A stretch of DNA of 64,000 bases from Nemertoderma westbladi (lineage: Eukaryota; Animalia; Xenacoelomorpha), in contig JAUCBJ010001088.1 in NCBI GenBank assembly GCA_032718475.1, positions 62,001 through 126,000 of the forward strand. Direction: 5' to 3'. Within the stretch, counting starts at the first letter, position 1. Each line of letters begins with the position of its first letter. This document shows, piece by piece, positions 10,020 to 22,752 of the stretch. A program made the position numbers and the translations under genes. Below the pieces are notes generated by a model. The model was not told the origin of the DNA and ran no database searches. It worked only from the letters and a program-made list of their open reading frames with translations.

Positions 10020-13000
10020 CCACAGCGGGTGGTATAGGGCGGGGCAGTTGGATAGGGCTGAGGCTGGTGGAAGGGTGGAGCTGGAGTCACAGCGGGCGGT
10101 ATAGGGAGGAGCAGTTGGATTGGGCTGAGGCTGGTGGAAGGGTGGAGCTGGAGCCACATCGGGTGGTATAGGGAGGAGCAGTCGGATTGGGCTGAGGATG
10201 GTGGTAGGGTGGAGCTGGAGTCACAGCGGGTGGTATAGGGAGGAGCAGTCGGATTGTGCTGAGGCTGGTGGTAGGGTGGAGCTGGAGCCACAGCGGGTGG
10301 TATAGAGAGGATCAGTTAGATTGGGGTGAGGCTGGTGGAAGGGTGAGGCTGGTGCCACAGCGGGTGGTATAGGGAGGGGCAGTTGAATTCGGCTGAGGCT
10401 GGTGGAAGGGTGGAGCTGGAGCCACATCGGGTGGTATAGAGAGGATCAGTTGGATTGGGGTGAGGCTGGTGGAAGGGTGAGGCTGGTGCCACAGCGGGTG
10501 TTATAGGGAGGGGCAGTTGGGTTCGGCTGAGGCTGGTGGAAGGGTGGAGCTGGAGCCACATCGGGTGGTATGGGGAGGATCAGTTGGATTGGGCTGAGGC
10601 TGGTGGAAGGGTGGAGCTGGAGCCACAGTGGGTGTTATAGGGAGGAGCAGTTGGATTGGGCTGAGGCTAGTGGAAGGGTGGCGCTGGAGCCCCAGCGGGT
10701 GTTATAGGGAGGAGCAGTATAAATTTGGGCTGAAGCTGGTGGAAGGGTGGAGCTGGAGCCACAGCGGGTGTTATAGTGAGGAGCAGTTGGATTGGGCTGA
10801 GGCTAGTGGAAGGGTGGAGCTGGAGCCACAGCGGGTGTTATAGGGAGGAACAGTTGGATTGGGCTGAGGCTGGTGGAAAGGTGCAGCTGGAGCCACAACG
10901 GGTGGTATAGGGAGGAGCAGTTGGATTGGGTTGAGGCTGTTGGAAGGGTGGAGCTGGAGCCACATCGGGTGGTAGGGAGGAACAGTTGGATTGGGCTGAA
11001 GCTGGTGGAAGGGTGGAGCTGGAGCCACAGCGGGTCTTATAGGGAGGAGCAGTTGGATTGGGTTGAGGCTGGTGGAAGGGTGGAGCTGGAGCCACAGCGG
11101 GTGGTATAGGGAGGGGCAGTTGGATTGGGCTGATGCTGGTGGGAGGGTGGAGCTGCAGCCACAGCAGGTGGTATAGGGAGGGGCAGTTGGATTGGGCTGA
11201 GGCTGGTGGGAGAGTGGAGCTGCAGCCACAGCAGGTGGTATAGGGAGGGGCAGTTGGATTGGGCTGAGGCTGGTGGGAGAGTGGAGCTGCAGCCACAGCA
11301 GGTGGTATAGGGAGGGGCAGTTGGATTGGGCTGAGGCTGGTGGTAGGGTGGAGCTGGAGCCACAGCGGGTGGTATAGGGAGGAGCAGTCGGATTGGGCTG
11401 AGGCTGGTGGTAGGGTGGAGCTGGAGCCACATCGGGTGGTATATAGAGGAGCCGTTGGATTGGGGTGAGGCTGGTGGAAGGGTGAGGCTGGTGCCACAAC
11501 GGGTGGTATAGGGAGGGGCAGTTGGATTGGGCTGAGTCTGGTGGAAGGGTGGAACTGGAGCCACATCGGGTGGTATGAGGAGGAGCAGTTGGATTGGGCT
11601 GAGGCTAGTGGAAGGGTGGAGCTGGAGCCACAGCGGATGTTATAGGGAGGAGCAGTTGGATTGGGCTGAGGCTGGTTGAAAGGTGGAGCTGGAGCCACAG
11701 CGGATGTTATAGGGTGGAGCAGTTTGATTGGGCTGAGGCTGTTGGAAGTGTGGAGCTGGAGCCACATCGGGTGGTATAAGGAGGAGCAGTTTGATTGGGC
11801 TGAGGCTAGTGGAAGGGTGGAGCTGGAGCCACAGCGGGTGTTATAGGGAGGAGCAGTTAGATTGGGCTGAGGCTGGTGGAAAGAGGGAGCTGAAGCCACA
11901 ACGGGTGGTATAGGGAGGAGCAGTTGGATTGGGTTGAGGTTGGTTGAAGGGTGGAGCTGGAGCCACAGCGGGTGTTATAGGGAGGAGAAGTTGGATTGGG
12001 CTGAAGCTGGCGGAAGGGTGGTGCTGGAGCCACAGCGGGTGTTATATGGAGGAGCAGTTGGATTGGGTTGAAGCTGGTGGAAGGGTGGAGCTGGAGCCAC
12101 AGCGGGTGTTATAGGGAGGAGCAGTTGGATTGGGCTGAGGCTGGTTGAAAGGTGGAGCTGGCGCCACATCGGGTGGTATAGGGAGGAGCAGTTGGATTGG
12201 TCTGAAGCTGGTGGAAGGGTGGAGCTGGAGCCACAGCGGGTGTTATAGGGATGAGCAGTTAGATTGGGCTGAGGCTAGTGGAAGGGTGGAGCTGGAGCCA
12301 CATCGGGTGGTATGGGGAGGATCAGTTGGATTGGGCTGAGGCTGGAGCCACAGCGGGTGGTATAGAGAGGATCAGTTGGATTGGGTTGAGGCTGGTGGAA
12401 GGGTGGAGCTGGAGCCACAGCGGGTGTTATATGGAGGAGCAGTTGGATTGGGCTGAGGCTGTTGGAAGGGTAGAGCTGGAGCCACATCGGGTGGTATGGG
12501 GAGGATCAGTTGGATTGGGCTGAGGCTGGTGGAAAGGTGGAGCTGGAGCCACAATGGGTGGTATAGGGAGGAGCAGTTGGATTGGGCTGAGGCTGTTGGA
12601 AGGGTGGAGCTGGAGCCACATCGGGTGGTAGGGAGGAACACTTTGATTGGGCTGAAGCTGGTGGAAGGGTGGAGCTGGACCCACAGCGGGTGTTAGGGAG
12701 GAGCAGTTAGATTGGGCTGAGGCTGGTGGAAGGGTGGAGCTGGAGCCACAGCGGATGGTATAGGGAGGAGCAGTTGGATTGGGCTGAGGCTGGCGGAAGG
12801 GTGGAGCTGGAGCCACAGCGGGTGGTATAGGGAGGAGCAGTTGGATTGGGCTGAGGCTAGTGGAAGGGTGTAGCTGGAGCCACAGCGGGTGTTATAGGGA
12901 GGATCAGTTGGATTGGGCTGAGGCTGGTGGAAGGGTGGAGCTGGAGCCACAGCGGGTGGTTTAGGGAGGAGCAGTTGGATTGGGCTGAGGCTGGTGGAAG

Positions 13001-13107
13001 GGTGGAGCTGGAGCCACAGCGGGTGGTATAGGGAGGAGCAGTTGGATTGGGCTGAGGCTGGTGCAATGGTGTAGCTGGAGCCACAGCGGGTGGTATAGGG
13101 AGGAGCG
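10020..13107. repeat. 67-bp G-rich tandem repeat, ~46 copies, directly upstream of the RTE ORF (putative 5' UTR)
   Basis: Consensus ccacagcgggtggtatagggaggagcagttggattgggctgaggctggtggaagggtggagctggag with strong G/C strand asymmetry. It explains the Pro-rich ORFs in the track. Confidence 0.97.
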
Positions 13108-14596
13108 GTTGCCCTGGTGACATTACGATCCAATGTGGGTACCAAGTGCTGTATGCCTCTCAAAAGGTAGGTGCTAAAATGCACAACGAGCAACAATGAG
13201 CAATAATGAGCACCAATTAGCCACAACGTGCAAACACTTGGGAACTATGATAAATACACATCATGACTATTGGATAAACAGTAAATACAATACGTAAGTA
13301 GCTGTGTAACAGTAACTACAGTATAATACAGTAACTTAACAGTACACCACTATGTACTGTAGATTGAAGATACGTTCATTAAACAGTATAATGTATCCCA
13401 GTAATATACCGAATATACACCATATTCTATGTAGAATATAGTGTCGTTATTGAGACGCAACCCCCCCCCCCCCCCCCCCCCCACCCAAATTTTTACACAA
13501 GGCCTTTTTTTTTGCAGAATCGCACCTTTTTTGACGAAAGGCCACTACATCGATATATAAAACATCTATTATTTATCTTTATCTTTTGCCGAGGCGCAAC
13601 TTCACTTTTACGTTCTGTTCAAAGGCGCAGTATGCGATAGTTAAAAAACAATACACATACAGTATCATAACTCAAATAAAACAGACCAAAACAAAACAAT
13701 ACCAATAAAATAATTGAGGCTATTACAATGTACAGTATTAGCTATTTACAAAATGTGTAATAAAATTCAAGAAATTGCTCGTTAAATAATTAATAGAAAA
13801 AAATAATCGGCATTAACGTTCATCCATAATGTAGTTTAACTTTAAAGAGGTGTGTCTTCATTATCCCTCCGAAGACCGTTTGATTCAGGTTACACCCAGG
13901 ACCGTTTGGGGTCAAATTGACCCACAGTAGTACAGTATATAGTATTATTGATAAATATATCATTCAAAATGACCAAAAGTAAGGCATTATCAGTGTGGAA
14001 ACTCATTTGCGACTTACGGCCCAGTTACTTAGGCTATTTACATCCGATTTGGTTTCAATAACGAGCGTAGCGAGTGACAGAACGAAACGAGAGTTTCTCA
14101 TCTTGTTCAGATATGTACAGTACTACTGTATGTACATAGAAATGATGACAACTCCACCTGAACAAGCGTGTGTATCAATATGAGTTTCATAATATCATTC
14201 ACGTAAGTCATTAGATTCTCATAATATATAACTATGCTGTTTATTTAAAATGTTATAAATATTTACTTTGTCTGTTTAATGGCCAATGTTCCCATATGGG
14301 AACATACACTCCCTGAGTCAAAGAGTGGGTAGTTTTGAAAAAATCGTTCTGATCCTATCATACCCAACGAATCTAAAGTCAATAACATGATAAAGTTATA
14401 ATTTTTAAAAAAAATTCGAGGGGTGGCTCAGACTATTTACAGTCGGGGTCTCAAAGTGCATCTGTTCTTTGAGATTTTCTCAAAGAACTAAAAGTGTCTC
14501 AAAGTTCTAAAAGTGGTCTAAGAAAATGACAAAGTGTCCTCAAAGATTTCAAAGTAGTACTGTCAGTCATTTCATACAGTCCTGCCTGAAGCTGGC

Positions 14597-15050
14597 TATG
14601 GAATGGTGTATATTGACTTTGACGAAAGGGTAAAATATAGGTAATAAAAACCCATATGAAACAATAAAGATGCCTCCAAAAAATACAAAAAAAAATACAT
14701 AAAAAATATTTGTTACTGAAAGTAAGAATTAATTATTACTTATTAAAAAAAAAAAAAAAATACATAAAAAATATTTGTTACTGAAAGTAAGAATTAATTA
14801 TTACTGCAGTAATAAAAAATTGTATTTTTCTGCAGTTACAAATAATTTGTTGCTGCAGTAGAAATTTTTATTCAATTATTTATTAAATTATCAATATTGA
14901 TTATTGCAGTAATAAATATTTGTTACTGCAGTAATTGTTATATGTTGCTGCAGTAACTAATATTTAATACAGCAGTATTTTTTGTAGGTATTTTTATTGT
15001 TTCATAGAGGATTTTATTAATTTATATTTTGACTCTTTAGAGACGCCATA
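14597..15050. mobile_element. Degenerate AT-rich MITE nested in the Tc1-like element
   Basis: Imperfect inverted match of aaaatataggtaataaaaacccatatgaaacaataaa with tttattgtttcatagagggattttattaatttatatttt; internal ttactgcagtaa motifs. Confidence 0.4.
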
Positions 15051-15792
15051 ATTGTGGGCTATCGGAATGTGTTGGTATTTGTGTCATAGATAGTTTGTCT
15101 GTTGCCCGATCTATATTAATGTATATTTATAGTGCTAAAACTGTACTGTTTAAATTTGTTTAGCCCACGTGAACGCCGAATTCCCTTACCAATGCATTTC
15201 AATGGTCAACCAGCCATTCTTTGCCGCACTGTAAATTATGTTATACAAAGTAAAGAATAAAGATAGAGGCAGGAATAAAGATAAATGATTCAAGCGCACT
15301 AATTGGCTGTTCCCATAGATGTTTTAGGCATTGTTGGTGCGCAATGCATATGGTCAGAGCGATCGCCCAGTCTGCCAAAATCTATTATGTAATCAAATGG
15401 TACCACAAGCCAAGCAAAGCATGTGACAGTTCTTCCGGCTCTGCACCTGTTTGTTTGAAGGTCGCCGTCCGTGGGTCGCTACTCACTAGCTGTGATTGAT
15501 AGCTTAAACTGGATGCCGCTTTGCCAGAAGGCGGTACACATCAATTGAATATGAGGCAAACATTTAAAATATGCTCAAATATAAACGCCTGGGGCAGGGG
15601 ATATTTCAATATCTCTATTAGGCTGAAACAACACAAGATTGTAGACGTTCTATCTTAATTGAAAGTCGAAAGCCTTTCTTAGTTTTTAAGAAGAAATTCT
15701 CGCGCTCTCGTCACCGTAGTTATAATATTAATTAAACAGTTAAGGTAGTACGGGTTGACCTCAGGTGACTAATGAAATGAATATCAAAAGTT

Positions 15793-15839
15793 ATTACAAG
15801 CTTTCTCCCAACAACAGGGCTTCTTCAGGTCATTGTAAT
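15793..15839 (-). ncRNA. Candidate minimal (Penelope-type) hammerhead ribozyme, slightly degenerate
   Basis: Minus strand reads atgac-CTGAAGA-agccc tgttgtt ggga-GAAA-gctt-gtaat: both core boxes present, helix II and palindromic AGCT helix III, with one mismatch each in helices I and II. Confidence 0.5.
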
Positions 15840-16643
15840 GAAACTGCGTACACAGAGAAACTGCAGTGCAGTTTTTCTTATATTAATTGTTAATCTGATA
15901 TTGTATTATGTTATTCAAATAATCAATATTGTCAAGCATTAATCTTGTTTCATTAATTATGTTTCATGTATTATTTGATTTTTAAGAATGTTTTTTAGAA
16001 AGACTTTAGGGCGCCGTAAATTCAATTTGTACTTGCGACCTAAAACCCATCCCGTAATGACCTCAGGAACATGATAAATTAATGGGAATAGCTTCTAGGC
16101 AACAACCTGCCAGCACACAAGTATCACTTTGTTGCCCGCATGATATTGTTCCCCGAGAATGCCTCTGCATCTGTTAACTTACCACGTGCTGTCAATCAGG
16201 AATACCTCGGAGTTTATTTTCTCAAAGAATTCAAAGTGCCGCAACCTAACTCAAAGTGACATTTCTCAAAGAATTCAAAGAATTAAAAGTGCCTAAAAGC
16301 AGAAAATCACTTTGAGATTCCCAACTAAAAGTGTCTACAAGAATTCAGAGCGGCCGTTGGGAGTAATGCAATGACTTTTAGACACTTTTAGAAAAACTTT
16401 GAGAAAATCTCAAAGAACAGATGCACTTTGAGACCCCGACTGTACTTCAAACTGGGATTGATTAATGAGCAAAGCGAGTGACACAAAAACCTAACCTAAA
16501 GCCTAAAGCTATGGGACCTAAATGCTACGTGATCTGATGACCTACTTCTACTGACCTAACTCAGCAGTAACTGCCTAAAGTATAGGCCTACATATGTGTG
16601 AACCTAACGCTACCAGGCTGCCAGGCTACATTGTCCACAAAAG

Positions 16644-17845
16644 GGGTGTTTGAAAACGGTGGACTGGACACAGAAAACATGGACAACGGACAGACCAATC
16701 ACTGGCGATTTGCGTCACACAGCATGTCCACCTTTTTCAGCTTTGTTGTCCACCTTTTTCAAATTTGAATAAGGTGGACTGGGTTGAGAAAGAACAGGCA
16801 ATGAATTGACCAATCAGATTGATTTGCACATTAGAGCAGCTCTGTCCACGTTTTTCAAAAAATTTCAAAAGGTTTTTATGCATTCTGCGATTATTATTGT
16901 TATTATTATCCCATACTTACTGTGACAAACCGAAGTTGTCGAAATAGGTCTAGTTCAATAATATGGGGCGAGCCACGAAGTCTGAGAGCTGAGCCTTACA
17001 GCCTAAGCATCAATATTGGAACGTCAATATTCTAACTCATTCATTACAGTATAAAGTTAATTATAATAACTACCTATTGTACTGTGAGGGAAATATAATA
17101 TGCTTTATTTACCGTTCATGCCGAGATCTGTTATTAAACGACTGAGCGCACCGAGGGAGGTAAATAAGTCCCCATATTTTGGGAGTGGAGGTCCGAAACC
17201 CTAATTCAAAGTGGAAATAGAGGCCCAAAGCCTTAATTATAAAACAGTCATGTACTGTAACCCCAACCTTAAATATTTTGGATCCTAAATTCCACAAAAT
17301 TTCTTAGATTAAAGCATCGGGACTTTAGGGCTACTAATGACAGTTTTAATTAGGGTTTGGACCTGACCAACTAACCCAACCACAAAAATAAACCAATAAA
17401 TCCAAGTACGTCCAAAGTCCTGTACGGGACGCTAGACCTACTATTAATATACTGTAAGTCTATAGGAGGGCAATCCGCAGGGGGGGGGGGGGGGGGGGGG
17501 GTAGATACGCCTAGGACACCGGCAGCATTCTTAATGCAGCTGCTTCCAGCATGCCCATTATAGATAGATAATTGAAACCTGAAAAAGGTGGACAGTCCAA
17601 TCACTAATAAATAGCATTGCTTTAATACGTTTCTGATTGGTCAGACTATTATCTATGTTTTTTGTGCATGTGTCCAGTCCACCTTTTTCAAACACACATC
17701 TTATTCCCAATTATGTAACTAAGAAAGCGGAAACTTGAAAAAGGTGGACAGACCAATTGCTACAAACTGCTTTGCTTAATACGTTTCTGATTGGTCTGTC
17801 CGTTGTCCATGTTTTCTGTGTCCAGTCCACCTTTTTCAAACACCC
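16644..17845. mobile_element. Mutator (MULE)-like non-autonomous element
   Basis: ~57-bp TIR GGGTGTTTGAAAA(C/A)GGTGGACTGGACACAGAAAACATGGACAACGGACAGACCAATCA and a perfect 9-bp TSD CCACAAAAG (16635-16643 / 17846-17854). Confidence 0.9.
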
Positions 17846-18120
17846 CCACAAAAGAGATTCTCAAAAATGTTTCCATTTCAAGCACAACTTTTATATATTA
17901 GCCCAATTTATTAATTTATAGGCCTATAGGCTAATGACAGACACAATGACTACTGGTTGCCAATAGGCGGTAGGCCTAGACAGCTAGATGATATATTTAT
18001 GGCTATTATAGCCAGATACCAGTCAGCCAGTCCCTGTAGCTTTGGGTCCTGGTGGCCTGGTAGCTTTAGGTCCTGGTAGTAGCATTAGGTCCGAGGCGTT
18101 AGGTCCTGGCAGCCTAGCAT

Positions 18121-21100
18121 ATTATGCATATTTCCCACCAAAATATACAAAGCTTATTGCCAAAAATAGACGAACTAAAAATAATCCTACATGAGGCTCC
18201 AATTGATATTTTAACCCTATCAGAGACTTGGCTCGATGATACCATCACCGATGAAGAGATACATATCCCAGGATACAAAGAACCTCTTCGGCGTGATCGA
18301 AACCGCCATGGAGGAGGTGTAGCCATTTATGTTTCTGAAATGTGGAATTACTCTCTGTGTACTGAAATTAATGATAATCTAGATAGTGAGGAGGGTCTGT
18401 TTTGTAAGATATATCTTCCACATACTAAACCCATTCTGATTGGATCTGTTTATAACCCACAAGATGCACATGCTAGCACATTCTACCGCAAATTGGAGAC
18501 TGCTATTGGAGATACTAAAAACTATAATGAGATTTATGTACTTGGTGATACAAACACAGACACAACTGAAACAAAATGTTCAAAGGGCAAAAAACAATGT
18601 GGATTATCGTGTTCAACATTATCACAACGGACATTCTGCAATTCAATGGGATTTCAACAAATCATTAACAAACCAACCAGAGTAACGTCAACAACATCTT
18701 CCATATTAGACCATATATTTGTATCAAGCAAACAACTAGTATATGGGTCTGGAGTAATACATACGGGACTCAGTGATCATTATATGGTGTATATGACACG
18801 GAAAAGGTCAAAGTTAAAGAAAGCAGTGCATACCTATCGTATGTGTAGGTCTTTTAAAGAGTATACAAAGGAGACAGTCTCTTCAATGATTCGATTTAAC
18901 CATATCATTCAACATATAACACAAGAAAAGGATGTGGAAAATGTATCTTCAGCTATAGTAAATGTATTGTCGGCAACCCTAGATAAAGTTGCGCCTAAAC
19001 GATCTGTGCGGATACGAGTGGACTCACAACCCTGGATCAATCCGGAAATATTGCACAGTATTGCAGCAAAGAATAATGCACTAAAAAGTTTCCACAGGAA
19101 TCCAACAAAAGTCAATGAACTGCATTACAAGGAACTTTTATATTCGAATAGATCTACAATTAAAACTGCTAAGTCTAATTACATAAGAGAGAAACTGAAT
19201 GCGTATTGCAATGACCCAAAAAAACTCTGGAAGGAATTGAAATCTCTTGGAGGACCCTCGAAAAAAGCGCAGGCCAAAGGAGTTAATAGCTTACAAATAG
19301 GAGGCAAGCTAGTTACAGACGAACTTGTAATTGCAGAGGAATTCAATAAGTATTTTACTACCATAGCTGATGATCTTGTAAACAGACTTCCACCGAGTAA
19401 AGGAGTTTATGACCTTGCTGCTGTCAAGAACTATTACAGACACAAAGGCTTCCACAATAATACTTTTAGTTTACATAAGGTTAATACAACTGAAATATTA
19501 GAAATTTTAAATAACTTGAAAATTGATAAGAGTGCTGGAATTGATGACCTACCGCCCCGATATATTAAGGACATTGCAGAGGATATAGCTGAACCCCTGA
19601 CACACCTGATTAATGAATCAATTGACACATCAACATACCCCTCCTTATTTAAATTGGCCAAGGTAATACCAAGTTACAAAGCGGAAACAAAGTTGGATAA
19701 AGAGAATTACAGACCTCTGTCACTCCTAACAATCTTATCAAAGGTCATTGACCAACCAATATACCTACAGGTCTATAATTACGTTGAAACTTATAAAATA
19801 TTAGACCCCCTACAATCAGGATACAGGAAAGGATTTTCAGTGGAGACCTGTATGATGTATCTCAATAACTATATTAAAGAAGCTGTAGAAGAAGGCAAAG
19901 TAACAGGCGTGGTATTCATAGACCTTCGGAAAGCGTTTGACACGGTGGATCATGATATACTCCTCTCAAAGCTGAGTTTCATTGGTTTCTCGGACCCTAC
20001 AGTTGCATGGTTTAAGTCATACCTGAGTGGTCGGCGTCAAGTTGTCTGTATCAGAGGTACACTCTCGTCTGTCAGAGAGCTAATAAAGCGGGGTGTCCCG
20101 CAGGGTGGAATACTGTCGGTTCTTTTATTCTTGATATATGTGAATGATCTAGACATAGTCTTAACCTCTCCCACGGATGTAAAGCGGTCATTGAAAGAGC
20201 CCAATGGTGACCATTCACGTACAGATGCAATATCCTCTGATGCATGTGTATCTCTAAAGCTAGCTGATGACTCAAACTTACTAGCCAAACATGACAATGC
20301 AGGAGCCTTATCTGTTGTGCTTTGTGTTGATCAACATTTATGACTGGGCGACAGACAACAGGTTAAGCTTAAATTTCAAAAAAACAAAATCTATCATATT
20401 CGGAACACATCAACGACTGGCAACAAGTGATGAGTTAAACGTCGTATGTAACACTATTCAAATAGAACAAGTGAAAACCATCAAATATCTTGGCTGTCAC
20501 CTTGATATGGATCTATCTGGAAATTCCATGGCAACGCAAGTTATAAAAAAGGGTAACAAAAACCTCAGATTTCTATACAGACAGGGGGCTGTTCTAGACT
20601 CAGGCTTGAGGCGCCAACTATGTAATACAATGATCCAACCGCATCTAGACTTTGTTGCCTCGTGCTGGTATCCAAGTACATCGAAGAGATTGAGAGACCA
20701 GCTACAAGCATTACAACGTAAATGTATCCGCTTCTGCCTCAATTTACATAGTCGAACTCATATATCTAGCGAACATTACAACGAATTATCATGGTTACCT
20801 ATAGAATGGCGCATAAAGCAGCTCATAGCATCTCATATGTACCGGATCACGCGGACCCTATCACCCCCATACTTATCCTCACTCGTGCAATTCAACTCGA
20901 TCTCCATGAACCTCCGTGGCGGCAGCACACACGCAGTCGTCCCATCGCGGCACACGTCAACGGGCTGTGAGTGCTTCTCATATATGGGTCCATCCATATG
21001 GAACGCGCTGCCACCAGACATACGTAATGCCCTTTCTGTAGAGTCTTTTAAGCACCAGGTTAAACAACACTTTTTGAGTCAAGTAGTGCAGTATGAACAT

Positions 21101-22073
21101 TCAATATGGCAATTGTAAATATTATTCAGTTATTCGGCAGTTTTATCAGTGATCTACACAGAATGTATTTGTCTGACATTTCAAAAATTTATTTTTATTT
21201 TTTAGTTCAATTGTAATTTATTAACATATTTAGCGTTGTAAATAATATAGATACTGTAGTCACCAGACGGTTTTTTTTTAGCCAAATTGTAATGTTTTCT
21301 TTTTATTTTATTAATTTTGGATTCGGTATGGGGTTTTAAGATACTGTAGATTAAATACATTAACTATTTTCCAGTCTGAATGCTTGGTGCTTATTTTATT
21401 TTATTTTATTAATTTATATTTATTGAACTTACTTCTAGGTTTTGGTGTTCCATATTCGCCTGTTTCACTCATTTTTTCTATCGCGCCAATTTTTAGTCTA
21501 AATAATTAATTTTACTTCATGTGTTGTCTATCGCGCACTTTTTAACACTAATTTTAATTCACTTTTTTATATTGTACGCATTCTTAAATATTTAATTTTA
21601 ATTTATAAATAAATTTATGTAATTCCTACTTACACCTCATGTAATTCCTGATTATACCCTCAAAATATTGTGATTTTATTTACTGCACATACAGGACTTC
21701 CCACTATGTTTAATACCCGATTGTTCTTAAGCTAATATTTACTAGCTAGTTGTAATACCATTCGGATATTTTATCAAATTAATTTGTTATTTTTAAGTAA
21801 TTTACACGCTGCGCTCACTTTAATGCTGTGATTTTTAAAGGGACCTCCATGGAAACGAGGTTTATCCTCATGGAGCTATCCCTAACATTGTATGTCTACA
21901 AGATAATCTATATTTTATTTATGAACTATGCACTATTTCTTTTTTTAAATTATAATATTATAGTCGATTCCAAATTATGCCGGTTATTAGTGTATTATGT
22001 TATGTTTTATATGTCTTACATTTTATATGACTTATGTACAATGTTAATAAAAAACTTCAAACTTCAACTTCAG
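18121..22073 (+). mobile_element. CR1/L2-group LINE (Crack/Daphne-like), lacking ORF1
   Basis: ORF2 from the first EN motif, a long AT-rich 3' UTR with the hairpin-like ggacctccatggaaacgaggtttatcctcatggagctatcc, then AATAAA and an (ACTTCA)n-like tail at 22046-22073. Confidence 0.85.
18124..21118 (+). pseudogene. LINE ORF2 (APE + RT), frameshifted near 20330
   Basis: HQNIQSL, LSETWL, GGGVAIY, LDHIF, SDH, NYRPLSLL, FIDLRKAFDTV, GVPQGGIL and LADDS in 18124-20343. The C-terminal half (YLG, WLPI, FSYMGPSIWNALP) is in ORF 20291-21118. Confidence 0.9.
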
Positions 22074-22519
22074 CTTTAGGCTGTTAGGGCCGTGGCATTC
22101 TGTCAGTAAGTCCAGTCTGCCTACATAACTAGGCAGGTTAGTAAAGGAGCAGGTTACATAGACGAGTTGAAAGGAACCCAAACTTAAACGAGAGTTAGGA
22201 ATAATTTAATTGAGAATTAGGACCGATTTGGACCTAACGCTACATTACCACTGACTATGCCTACACTTTGCAGTTTGTAGGGCCTAATTAAGACGTTCCA
22301 TACAGGAAATTTGAGTTTGGGCAGTTTGGGTCATTTTGACCCAAACGGCCCTTGGCGTTGCCTGAATAATAAAAGTCAAATTAAAAAAAAAGTGTTAAAG
22401 TAAAAGTTGTGACCCCGTCACATTTGGATAGAGTATAAAAAATTAGGAGAGGTCATGAAATATTGTGACCCCAATAATTATATTGAATTTTGTACAGTAC
22501 ATGTAAACTTAGTACTCGC

Positions 22520-22752
22520 AACAGTGGGCGCAAGGCGGACTCCGAGTGGAAGATAATTCCACATATTGGGCACAACTACATCGAGGTATCGATTACCTTA
22601 GCTCTCTAAGTTATATCGTGGGATGATGGGGAGACCCCGGTCACTTGAGCGCAGTGGGCGTGGTTGAGAGTGTGCATGCAAGAGATCAGTAAGATAGGCC
22701 GGACCAATATTATTACGGCACTTATATGTCAAAAGTGCAAATTTATTATCAA
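22520..22752 (-). pseudogene. L2-like LINE 3' fragment, distal half of the Helitron target
   Basis: IDNKFALLTYKCRNNIGPAYLTDLL...RPLRSS; joins in frame with 28660-28730. Confidence 0.75.

Larger units (their letters stand above)
14440..16442. mobile_element. Tc1/mariner-like non-autonomous element
   Basis: ~46-bp perfect TIR CAGTCGGGGTCTCAAAGTGCATCTGTTCTTTGAGATTTTCTCAAAG, flanked by TA on both sides. No transposase ORF. Confidence 0.85.
13883..22367. mobile_element. Old non-autonomous TIR element enclosing several nested insertions
   Basis: attcaggttacacccaggaccgtttggggtcaaattgaccca (13883-13924) is an imperfect inverted match to 22327-22367. No TSD resolved. Confidence 0.55.

Noticed and set aside
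9830-10020. HDV-like ribozyme in the RTE 5' region
   Set aside because: Expected for some RTEs, but I could not build the P1/P3/P1.1 pairings by eye; needs a descriptor search.
10020-13107. Functional Chi sites (GCTGGTGG) in the minisatellite
   Set aside because: Chi acts through bacterial RecBCD; here it is one chance octamer amplified with a G-rich unit.
9933-13226. Many Pro/Gln-rich or Trp/Gly-rich ORFs
   Set aside because: By-products of a 67-bp repeat (not a multiple of 3) cycling through reading frames.
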